A stretch of DNA of 64,000 nucleotides from Octopus bimaculoides. Lineage: Eukaryota. How positions within the stretch are numbered: position 1 is the stretch's first letter; every line of letters begins with the position of its first letter. The notes beneath the pieces were generated by a model. The model searched no databases, was not told where the DNA came from, and saw only the letters and a program-made list of their open reading frames with translations. Where the stretch lies: positions 60,377,950 to 60,441,949 of the forward strand of contig NC_068987.1 of assembly GCF_001194135.2 (NCBI RefSeq). Reading direction: 5' to 3'. The position numbers and the translations under genes are program-made. This document shows, piece by piece, positions 25,407-36,591 of this stretch.

Positions 25407-25857
25407 TATATATTTAATTTCATTCTGAGTTCATCGTTTAAACAACATGTGTCATATGTGACTTGTACATTAAAATCTTGCTCTGTTAATGGTTTCTGAG
25501 CCCTTATTCTCAGGGAATTTTTCGGGGATAAGATGCTGATCCAATATCAATCCCCCACTTTGTATAAAGATATGTTTTATTATTATTATCCATCTCAAGG
25601 GTTGAAGCCAGTGAAATATTTGTCAATTTTACATGCATCAGTTGTTTAGAGAAGGAATGAACCAGTGACAAACAAAGGGAAAGTCTTTGACATGAATTAT
25701 GCAGTACAGTACTGAAATCGAAATAAGAATATCTTGATACATGCTTCATAATTAGCAAAAGCAAAGGGGAACTAACTATTCCTGCTACTCTGCTTCAGAT
25801 CAAGATCCCTGTCATTGCAATCATTACATTCAGAATAAATACAGTTCCATCATCGTT

Positions 25858-25906
<49 letters not shown>

Positions 25907-26001
25907 ACATCATCATCATCATCGTTGTCATCTTCATCATCATCATCATCATCATCACCATCATTGTTTTAACATTTACATTTTTATACTTGCATGGGTC
26001 A

Positions 26002-26745
26002 GATGTGGAAGTGAAACCTAGGCCTTGAGGTAAACTTAGCAAAGACCAAGGTGTTAGTAAGTAGGAAAGTAGCTAGGTCCCTGCTATCATCAAGGAAATG
26101 GCCTTGCTCACTTTGCAGAAAAGGAGTAGGTAGAAACTCTGTTTGCAACACTCAGTTTAAGCAATGAATACACAAGAGCTATAGTGGAATCACCTGCTGA
26201 CTAACAGAGAACACAGGTTTTGTATGTGTCAGATGCACAGAGACAATGAGCACTTAGGATATATCAGAAATAGACTCTCTTAAATGCCTACATGGCTCAC
26301 TAGAAACAGTCGATAGCTTCTGTTACCTAGAGCAGGGGTGCTTTACCTTAGGGACCCCCTTATAAACGCTTATGAAATTTATACATAAATATTTGCTTAA
26401 AATAACATATATTTTTACATTTATTTATTTAACAGTATTTAACAAAATAGGTTTATTGTCAATTAAAAGATTTCGATTAAAAAACATATATAAAATCAAA
26501 TTGCCCATAAAAAGTATTTGCTGTCCACGGACCCCTGTCTTGTCCTTGCGGACCCCCTGTGGTCCGCAGATCACAGTTTGAAAACCCCTGACCTAGAGGA
26601 TAAGTTAGTGAAACCTTTGGAAGAGGAGACTGATGAAGACTTGGGACAAAGTAGTGAAGAGTTATCTGAAAATGCTGCATTTCTCAGAGATGCTGACAAA
26701 GCCCATAAAAATTGGAGATATACAGTGCTTAAAGACCTAATCTCT
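26002..26745 (+). mobile_element. old RTE ORF2 relic, internally deleted and interrupted by a hAT MITE
   Basis: NLAKTKVLVSRK..KWPCSLCRKGVGRNS..FVCVRC..LETVDSFCYL | ...MKTWDKVVKSYLKML. Confidence 0.85.
26333..26590. mobile_element. hAT (Charlie-type) MITE, 258 bp
   Basis: Termini CAGGGGT/ACCCCTG; perfect 8-bp TSD ACCTAGAG at 26325-26332 and 26591-26598. Confidence 0.9.
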
Positions 26746-26764
26746 AATTAACACTCTGTCAGTT

Positions 26765-27395
26765 ATGGCAGTGAGGGTTCAAGTTGATCCAATCAACAGA
26801 TCTGCCTGCTCATGAAATTAATTTGCAAGCGTAGGAGTGACTGTGTGGTAAGTAGCTTGCTTACCAGCCACATGGTTCCGGGTTCAGTCCTACTGCATGG
26901 TATCTTGGGCAAGTACCTTCTACTATAGCCTCGGGCCGACCAAAGCCTTATGAGTGGATTTGGTAGACAGAAACTGAAAGAAGCCCGTCGTATATATGTA
27001 TATATATATATATGTATGTATATGTTTGTGTGTCTGTGTTTGTCCCCCCACCATCGCTTGACAACCGATGGTGGTGTGTTTACATCCCCATAACTTAGCG
27101 GTTCGGCAAAAGAGACCGATAGATTAAGTACTAAGCTTTCAAAGAATAAGTCCTGGGGTCGATTTGCTCGACTAAAGGTGGTGCTCCAGCATGGCCACAG
27201 TCAAAAGACTGAAACAAGTAAAAGAGTAAAAGAGTAAAAGAGTAAGTGGCTGAGCACTCCACACCACACACATGTACCCTTGATGTTCTCAGGGAGATTC
27301 AGTGTGACATAGAGTGTGACAAGGTTATCTCTTTGAATTACAAGTGCAACTCATATTTGCCAGCTGAGTGGAGTGGAGCAATGTGAAATAAGGTT
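26765..27395 (-). mobile_element. SINE B'/tail Y split by a SINE A insertion
   Basis: ...GAAATTAATTTGCAAG | SINE A | AAGTGGCTGAGCACTCC... continuity of the B tail. Confidence 0.75.
26829..27243 (+). mobile_element. SINE A full-length (nested)
   Basis: family A match. Confidence 0.92.
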
Positions 27396-27553
27396 TCTCC
27401 ATCTCTGTCAATCTCCCCATTCCTCTATTCATTCCTCTACCACCTGTACTGATCACATGACCTGCTTTACCTCTTTACTTCTTCACCTGTGCATCAATCA
27501 CCCTTCACTTGTCTTATGTAAGAGATTGCATTGAAACAATACATATACATATA

Positions 27554-27843
27554 GGCGCAGGAGTGGTTGTGTGGTAAGTAGCTTGCTTACTAACCACATG
27601 GTTCCGGGTTCAGTCCCACTGCGTGGCACCTTGGGCAAGTGTCTTCTACTATAGCCTCGGGCCGACCAAAGCCTTGTGAGTGGATTTGGTAGAGAGAAAC
27701 TGAAAGAAGCCCATCGTATATATGTATATATATATATATATATGTGTGTGTGTATGTGTGTGTGTGTGTGTGTGTATGTATGTGTGTGTATATGTTTGTG
27801 TCTGTGTTTGTCCCCCCAACATCGCTTGACAACCGATGTTGGT
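27554..27843 (+). mobile_element. SINE A, young, cut by gap
   Basis: family A match. Confidence 0.9.
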
Positions 27844-28224
27844 NNNNNNNNNNNNNNNNNNNNNNNNNNNNNNNNNNNNNNNNNNNNNNNNNNNNNNNNN
27901 NNNNNNNNNNNNNNNNNNNNNNNNNNNNNNNNNNNNNNNNNNNNNNNNNNNNNNNNNNNNNNNNNNNNNNNNNNNNNNNNNNNNNNNNNNNNNNNNNNNN
28001 NNNNNNNNNNNNNNNNNNNNNNNNNNNNNNNNNNNNNNNNNNNNNNNNNNNNNNNNNNNNNNNNNNNNNNNNNNNNNNNNNNNNNNNNNNNNNNNNNNNN
28101 NNNNNNNNNNNNNNNNNNNNNNNNNNNNNNNNNNNNNNNNNNNNNNNNNNNNNNNNNNNNNNNNNNNNNNNNNNNNNNNNNNNNNNNNNNNNNNNNNNNN
28201 NNNNNNNNNNNNNNNNNNNNNNNN

Positions 28225-28269
<45 letters not shown>

Positions 28270-28713
28270 CATACATACATATCTTGGTAATACTAAAACT
28301 CTAGGGATGTTTGTGTGTAACTGAAATGTCTCAGAAATAGTATATTTTATCTTAATTTTTTTACATATTTATTTTTATACTTACCTTTGGCAGTGCAATA
28401 CACATTTTTGTGACACTTGGACCTTAATTTAAGCGATTAAATACAATTTTTGTTATTTCTTGATGAAAAAATACATGGCTTCCATGACGTCAATGCACAC
28501 AGAATGCACATATAATGGCGTATCAATCGGCACAAATACACATTCACTATCTGTGACATATACACACACATTGTCTTTGCACTTTCAAAGAAGAAACAAA
28601 AAACAATTGACTTTTTGATGTACACAGTATTTTAATTATTAACTGAATGTGATTTCATCATCCAGAGTTTGTTAATTTCCGTAAAAATTTTTTTATTTAT
28701 TTACTTTAGTTTT

Positions 28714-28894
28714 AAAGTGAAAGAGAGGAGAAAGTGAAAGAGAGGAGAAAGTGAAAGAGAGGAGAAAGTGAAAGAGAGGAGAAAGTGAAAGAGAGGAGAA
28801 AGTGAAAGAGAGGAGAAAGTGAAAGAGAGGAGAAAGTGAAAGAGAGGAGAAAGTGAAAGAGAGGAGAAAGTGAAAGAGAGGAGAAAGTGAAAGA
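28714..28894. repeat. 17-bp minisatellite (GTGAAAGAGAGGAGAAA) x about 10.5
   Basis: apparently identical units, no spacers. Confidence 0.95.
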
Positions 28895-29024
28895 TTTATG
28901 TATGTGTATTTGAGATGGACGTGTGTGTGCGTGAAAGAGAGAGAAAGAGAGAGAAATAAGAGAAAGAAAAAAAAGAGAGTGAGTGAAGAGGTGTGTTGTC
29001 ATGTATACGTATGTACATCAATAC

Positions 29025-29064
<40 letters not shown>

Positions 29065-29390
29065 TGCATGTATGTGTGCATGTGTGTGCGTGTGTGCATG
29101 TGTATGCGTGTGTGTGTGTGTGTGTGTGTGTAATGTCTAGGTTTGTCCCTTGCCACCATTTGATAACTGGTGTTGGTGCACTTACATTCCTGTAACTTTA
29201 CAGTTCATCAAAAGATTCCAGTAGAATAAGTACCAGGCTTAAAACATAAATCCTGAGGTTGATTCATTCAACTAAAAATCCAAGGTGGTGCCCTAGCATG
29301 GCCACAGTCTACGGACTAAAAAATAAAAGAAAAAGATATGTGTGTGTATGTATATATGTATATATGCATGTGTGTGTATATATATATATA

Positions 29391-30639
29391 GATAAAACAC
29401 AAACCCCTTCAGGTAGATGGCCCTGCTCAGTATGTAGAAAAGGAGTAGGTAGTAACTCTATAAGATGTACCCGGTGCAAGCTATGGACACATAAGAGGTG
29501 CAGCAACATCAAAGGCAGGTTAACTAGCAAGTTAGTTTTTGTTTGTGGCAGATGTTCAGGTGCAATAAAGACTGTAAACAAACAGGAAACAACTTCTATC
29601 TCATTCCAGGGTGAAAAACTAGAGGTAGTCGATAGCTTCCGCTATCTGGGCGACCAAGTTAGTAGTGGGGGTGGGTGCGCTGAAAGTGTAGCTGCTAGAA
29701 TAAGAATAGCCTGGGCAAAGTTTAGAGAGCTCTTACCCNNNNNNNNNNNNNNNNNNNNNNNNNNNNNNNNNNNNNNNNNNNNNNNNNNNNNNNNNNNNNN
29801 NNNNNNNNNNNNNNNNNNNNNNNNNNNNNNNNNNNNNNNNNNNNNNNNNNNNNNNNNNNNNNNNNNNNNNNNNNNNNNNNNNNNNNNNNNNNNNNNNNNN
29901 NNNNNNNNNNNNNNNNNNNNNNNNNNNNNNNNNNNNNNNNNNNNNNNNNNNNNNNNNNNNNNNNNNNNNNNNNNNNNNNNNNNNNNNNNNNNNNNNNNNN
30001 NNNNNNNNNNNNNNNNNNNNNNNNNNNNNNNNNNNNNNNNNNNNNNNNNNNNNNNNNNNNNNNNNNNNNNNNNNNNNNNNNNNNNNNNNNNNNNNNNNNN
30101 NNNNNNNNNNNNNNNNNNNNNNNNNNNNNNNNNNNNNNNNNNNNNNNNNNNNNNNNNNNNNNNNNNNNNNNNNNNNNNNNNNNNNNNNNNNNNNNNNNNN
30201 NNNNNNNNNNNNNNNNNNNNNNNNNNNNNNNNNNNNNNNNNNNNNNNNNNNNNNNNNNNNNNNNNNNNNNNNNNNNNNNNNNNNNNNNNNNNNNNNNNNN
30301 NNNNNNNNNNNNNNNNNNNNNNNNNNNNNNNNNNNNNNNNNNNNNNNNNNNNNNNNNNNNNNNNNNNNNNNNNNNNNNNNNNNNNNNNNNNNNNNNNNNN
30401 CGGGTGGCACATAAAAGACACCATTTTGAGCGTGGCCGTTTTCGTGCGGGTGACACGTAAAAGCACCCACTACACTCTCTGAGTGGTTGGCGTTAGGAAG
30501 GGCATCCAGCTGTAGAAACTCTGCCAAATTAGATTGGAGCCTGGTGTTGCCATCCGGTTTCACCAGTCCTCAGTCAAACCGTCCAACCCATGCTAGCATG
30601 GAAAGAGGACGTTAAACGATGATGATGATGATGATGATG

Positions 30640-30641
<2 letters not shown>
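29391..30641 (+). mobile_element. RTE-clade LINE, young 5'-truncated copy spanning a gap
   Basis: WPCSVCRKGVGSNSIRCTRCKLWTHKRC...FVCGRC...LEVVDSFRYLGDQV...RIRIAWAKFRELLP; 3' UTR and (GAT)n tail; (TA)n on both flanks; linkage across the gap is assumed. Confidence 0.92.
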
Positions 30642-30682
<41 letters not shown>

Positions 30683-30924
30683 TGTGTGTATGTATGTTTG
30701 TATGTATGTATCTATCTATGTGTGTGTATATGTATGTATGCACATATATCATGGGCTTCTACACAGTTTCCATGCACTAGATTTCACTCACAAGCTATTG
30801 GTCAATGTGAGAATAAAGTAGAATATACTTGGCCAGTGTGCCATACCTTGATTTTGAACTTGGAATCACATGATTGTAAACCTAACTGCTGAACCTCCAC
30901 CACCATTGCCTCTACCCACTTATA

Positions 30925-31303
30925 TTGTTGGCACTCCGTCGCTTACGACATCGAGGGTCTCAGTTGATCCAATTAGCGGAACAGCCTGCTCATGAGATTA
31001 ACGTGCAAGTGGCTGAGCACTCCACAGACACATGTACCCTTAATGTAGTTCTCGGGGATATTCAGCGTGACACAGTGTGACAAGGCTGACCCTTTGAATT
31101 ACAGGCACAACAGAAACAGGAAGTAAGAGTGATAGAAAGTTGTGGTGGAAGAGTACAGCAGGGTTCGCCACCATCCCCTGCCGGAGCCTCGTGGAGTTTT
31201 AGGTGTTTTCACTCAATAAACACTCACAACGCCCGGTCTGGGAACCGAAACCGCGATCTTATGACCGCGAGTCCACTGCCCTAACCACTGGGCCATTGCG
31301 CCT
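30925..31303 (-). mobile_element. SINE B/tail Y
   Basis: family B match up to gap. Confidence 0.9.
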
Positions 31304-32384
31304 NNNNNNNNNNNNNNNNNNNNNNNNNNNNNNNNNNNNNNNNNNNNNNNNNNNNNNNNNNNNNNNNNNNNNNNNNNNNNNNNNNNNNNNNNNNNNNNNN
31401 NNNNNNNNNNNNNNNNNNNNNNNNNNNNNNNNNNNNNNNNNNNNNNNNNNNNNNNNNNNNNNNNNNNNNNNNNNNNNNNNNNNNNNNNNNNNNNNNNNNN
31501 NNNNNNNNNNNNNNNNNNNNNNNNNNNNNNNNNNNNNNNNNNNNNNNNNNNNNNNNNNNNNNNNNNNNNNNNNNNNNNNNNNNNNNNNNNNNNNNNNNNN
31601 NNNNNNNNNNNNNNNNNNNNNNNNNNNNNNNNNNNNNNNNNNNNNNNNNNNNNNNNNNNNNNNNNNNNNNNNNNNNNNNNNNNNNNNNNNNNNNNNNNNN
31701 NNNNNNNNNNNNNNNNNNNNNNNNNNNNNNNNNNNNNNNNNNNNNNNNNNNNNNNNNNNNNNNNNNNNNNNNNNNNNNNNNNNNNNNNNNNNNNNNNNNN
31801 NNNNNNNNNNNNNNNNNNNNNNNNNNNNNNNNNNNNNNNNNNNNNNNNNNNNNNNNNNNNNNNNNNNNNNNNNNNNNNNNNNNNNNNNNNNNNNNNNNNN
31901 NNNNNNNNNNNNNNNNNNNNNNNNNNNNNNNNNNNNNNNNNNNNNNNNNNNNNNNNNNNNNNNNNNNNNNNNNNNNNNNNNNNNNNNNNNNNNNNNNNNN
32001 NNNNNNNNNNNNNNNNNNNNNNNNNNNNNNNNNNNNNNNNNNNNNNNNNNNNNNNNNNNNNNNNNNNNNNNNNNNNNNNNNNNNNNNNNNNNNNNNNNNN
32101 NNNNNNNNNNNNNNNNNNNNNNNNNNNNNNNNNNNNNNNNNNNNNNNNNNNNNNNNNNNNNNNNNNNNNNNNNNNNNNNNNNNNNNNNNNNNNNNNNNNN
32201 NNNNNNNNNNNNNNNNNNNNNNNNNNNNNNNNNNNNNNNNNNNNNNNNTATATATATAAATACACACACACACCTCTGTATGTATACATGTATGAACGTA
32301 TGTAGGAATAACTGTAAGTCATGTACATCTCATTGAAGGTATTATGTCCACACAAGCATCATACACACACACACAACACACACA

Positions 32385-32421
<37 letters not shown>

Positions 32422-32498
32422 TCACTCATATATATATCTACATGTGTGTATGCATTTATCCATATATTAGCATTCTTACTCTAAGTACATATATAAAG

Positions 32499-32532
<34 letters not shown>

Positions 32533-32567
32533 TCATATATATATGTATGTATGTATATGTATGTATG

Positions 32568-32609
<42 letters not shown>

Positions 32610-33257
32610 TGATTTAGGGAAAAACGATAGATTCTTCCCTATGAATTTTTTTCACGGTAACTACTTGATAAATTCTTATATAAGAGTTTATCCTATTATT
32701 GTATATATATATATATCATCATCATCGTCCTCATCATCATCATCCTTTAATATCCATTCCTCCATTATATATATATTCTTATCCAAAATTGAGACAAACG
32801 CCAACACTTCCTCTTCCATATGGTAAGCCTTATGGTAAGCTTGAACAACTGTGCAGATCTCACCACATGAAACCATTGGTTGCCTTTTTAACCCACAGAT
32901 CAAGTATATATATATAAGACAGTGCTCCAGTATGGCTGCAGTCAAATGACTGAATCAAATAAAAGAACAAAAGAACATATATATATATATATATATAGTA
33001 ATAAGAACCATAATACTTTGTTGGAATTTATAAACATTTAATGCATCACTACATGCAATTTCACAAATAACATGTTTCTTAAGATCACAGTCCATATTCC
33101 TGGGAAGATTACAGTGTAGTCCGCAGTATCTGTGGGTGTCGGGTAGATCCTCTTCATGGATTCATTTCTTCAGGCAATATAACCCTAATGAATGCTTACC
33201 AGAGGGATGTTTAGCCCTTTTGACTAGTGCAAAGGAGTTATATGTGTGTGTGTGTGT

Positions 33258-33294
<37 letters not shown>

Positions 33295-33297
<3 letters not shown>

Positions 33298-33500
33298 CAC
33301 TCCATTGGTTACAATGACAAGAATCCCAGTTGATCCGACCAATGCAATAGCCTGCTGGTGAAGTTAACATGCAAGTGGCTGAGCACTCTACAAACACATG
33401 TAACTTTTAAAGTAGTTCCCAGAGAGATTCAGTATGACACAGAACGTGACAAGGTTGGTCCTTTTGAAATATAGATATTACTCATTTTTGCCAGCTGAGT
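33295..33500 (-). mobile_element. SINE B'/tail Y fragment
   Basis: GCAAGTGGCTGAGCACTC...GTGACAAGG...CATTTTTGCCAGCTGAGT. Confidence 0.7.
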
Positions 33501-34037
33501 GACATGTGTTGATCATTGTTTTATTGTCTCTCCCACTCCTCCATCTGACCACCTGCATCCCATACTTAATATATCCACCTCCTCCTACTCTTACAAACTT
33601 ACTCACCCCTGGTGATTGTCCTACCTCCATGCTCTCTTCTATTCACCTTCTTGAGTCATGTTAGTATATTCTGGCACTTTGACACAACCACATTGTGTGG
33701 CACTACTCCAGCCTTCTCAATGCATTACATGTAAAATGTGAAGTAGCCATGAATCTCCTCCACAACAAACCTGGCTCCACTCTTTCAATCACAAATTAAC
33801 CTCCCCACACTTTTCATAAAGCAACCACTTTATCTCCTCTACTCCTTCTCAGGCAATCTCAGGAAATTACTGGGTAATCTCACATAAAAGGTTCCCAGTA
33901 CATTCTCTGTGAAGTGGTTGGCATTGGGAAGTGCATCCAGCCATAAGAACCATGCCAAAATTAAAACACTAGAGCAAAACGTAGTCTTCCAACCAAATGG
34001 ATTCTGTCTAACCATCCAACACAAGCCAGCATAGATG

Positions 34038-34312
34038 GTTAACACAACGTTTTGGCTGATGTACTCTCCAGCCTTCATTAGGTGTCCTGGGGGAATTTCA
34101 AACCTGGGTTCTTATTCCTAAGATATTTTTCCAATGTTATTATTATTATCATCATCATCATCATCATTATCATCATTATTAATATTATTAATATTATTAT
34201 TATTATTCATGTTACTGCCTGAAATCGAACTCTGAATCTTGGGGTTAGTAGCCTGCACTCTTAACCACTACACCATATGCCCATAAGCAGTGACCTGAAT
34301 AATAATAATAAC

Positions 34313-34349
<37 letters not shown>

Positions 34350-34505
34350 TTGGAAAAATACCTTAGGAATGAGAATCCAGGTTCAAAATTTCTCCAGGAC
34401 ACCCAATGAAGGCTGGAGGGTACATCAGCCAAAAGGTTGTGTTAACATCAAACAAGATGAAGACAAATATCCGTCAAATGTAAATAATGTAAATAAAGAA
34501 ATATT
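34038..34505. mobile_element. fold-back element: two inverted Penelope-pLTR-like arms with decayed hammerhead cores around a tRNA-like head
   Basis: About 105-bp inverted arms 34038-34142 / 34342-34446 plus (AAT)n; minus-strand head GGGCATATGGTGTAGTGGTTAAGAG...GAGTTCGATTTC at about 34210-34282. Confidence 0.7.
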
Positions 34506-34509
34506 CGTT

Positions 34510-34690
34510 TCACATTTTGGCACAAGGCCAGCAATTTCGGGGGAAGGGTCTAAATCGATGAGATTGACCCTAGTGCTCAACTGGTACTTGGTTTATCCAC
34601 CCCAAAGGATGAAAGGTAAGGACATTCTGACATGCTGCTAAGCATTTTGGCCGATGTGCTAACAACTCTGGCAGCTTGCCATCTTAAACT
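34510..34690 (-). mobile_element. SINE C, diverged
   Basis: CAACTGGTACTTG...AAAGGATGAAAGG...GCTAAGCATTT. Confidence 0.7.
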
Positions 34691-35637
34691 GGACAAAGAA
34701 ATATTAATGTCAGGAAAGTGGTAGAATGGCTTCATCTGGATTTGCATGACTCTGGAATTTCTTTCGTTTGGTCCAATCATAATAATTTGGGTGTTAGGTA
34801 TGCTTGTTGTAGCAAGTGTATTGGAGATGTTGATAGAAGGAAATGTGATTATAACAACAGTGGCTACACTGGTGGTGGTGGTCGTGGTGGTGGTGGCGGC
34901 GACGGCAGAGGTGGTGGAAAGGATGGTGATGTTTACAATGAAGAAATCAGTAGTGATGTCTTTGATAGTATAAATGATGATGATGATCATCCTCATCATC
35001 ATGAGGAGAAGGAGGAGGAGGGGAGGCAGGAGAAGGGGAAGAGAAGAAAAGGGGCAGAGAGGAGGAGGGATTTAGGAGGATGGCAAGATGGGGAACAGGG
35101 TATGAGAGGGGGGGGATAAGGAGTGAAGAGAGGAAGGAGGATGGGGGAAGGGTGGTGGTGGTGGTGGTGGTGGTGGTTGCATGGGTCAAGGTGATAATGA
35201 TGGTGAAGGGGAGGAAAGAAGAGGGAAGGATGGTAGTCGCGTGACCTGCTAGAAATAGCAGTCAGTTCTCTGGCAAAAATCACATCCACGGGATGAGGAT
35301 ATTGCTAATGATGCTACTGCTGATAACAGTGATAGATTTGTGGTGATGATGATGTTGTTTATGCAGTAACAGCCAAAAATTAGACAGATTTAAAGTTAAT
35401 AACACCAATAAGTTCCCAGTTCATCTCCTCCACCTCCCTCTCCATTGGCCATATTAAAATGAAAATAGATGACCATCTAGCTGCATATCAGGTGTGCAAG
35501 TGAGTTACTGCTGTTGTTACCTGCTGACAGATTGGTGCTGCCAGTTGGCTGAGGGATGGGCGACTGGTGGAAAACAGCAGTTTTGATATAAGCAAACTGT
35601 TTACCTTGTATATTTGGTAGTACCAGCTGCTGGCATT

Positions 35638-35669
35638 GAGAGAGAGATAGGGAAAGAGAGAGAGAGATA

Positions 35670-35744
<75 letters not shown>

Positions 35745-35750
35745 GGAGAG
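35638..35750. repeat. (GA)n polypurine tract
   Basis: direct inspection. Confidence 0.95.
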
Positions 35751-35770
35751 AGTGAGATGCAAAGGGAGTG

Positions 35771-35885
35771 TATAAAGTGATTAACTGAGAACAGAAGTAG
35801 ACTGCAAAAAAACTGCCCAGGAACCAAAAGCATTTTGTGTGTAAATTTACTTGAAGAAAATGTGGAAGATTTTTTTCAGGTAAGT
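35771..35885 (+). promoter_or_regulatory. candidate TATA box + short first exon ending in CAG|GTAAGT
   Basis: TATAAAG 35771-35777, consensus donor at 35879/35880, no plus-strand pyrimidine acceptor upstream; motif evidence only. Confidence 0.3.
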
Positions 35886-36591
35886 GATTGTAAGACAGTG
35901 ATTATTATTCTATGAATGTATCTTAGAAAGAAATGTAATAGCCGTTAGTTATTGCATCTTCTTCTTTACTTCCTATGAAACCAGTGTCATGATGATGATA
36001 GTGTTGGTGATGGTGATGATGATGGTGTTGGTGAAAGTGATTTGATTTGTTTGTGAAAGTATAATTAAAGGTTTGTTTCCCCAACAACTACCTTTTTAGT
36101 GTTATTTCCACTTGTTGAGGCCAATTTACCACCAACAAGCTTTATCCACAGCAGGAATTGAACACAGTTCTCTAAATTAAACAAAACTGAACATCTGTCA
36201 ATTCTGCTTACAACAACAACTTCTTTCTACTCTATGGAATCCATTTACCATTTGATGAACTGAGCTGCTTATCAATTGAGTGTGTTGGTCATGGACACAT
36301 TGTAGTGATAACAACATATATACAAACCACCAATTCCTCAATAACTTAGCTCAATCTTCTCCATTCTCAGATAAATTGACCAAAGTATGAAGCTAATGTG
36401 AGTCTCTGATTGATTGAAATTGTTACTGCTAGTAAGATGACATTCTCCATTTTCTCTTTCTTTTCCGTTTTTCTTTTGTATTCATTTCTCTTTGAAAAAA
36501 ATAGTACCTATAGTCTTTTCCTTGTAGAACTTAACCTACTTTAACTTATCAGTTTAAATACAGTGATTGAAAGTTGAAATATATTTACATT

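Noticed and set aside
26518-26751. Acidic 77-aa ORF
   Set aside because: Crosses the MITE terminus and reads the RTE relic out of frame.
28714-28894. CRISPR-like array
   Set aside because: Contiguous identical units without spacers; eukaryotic minisatellite.
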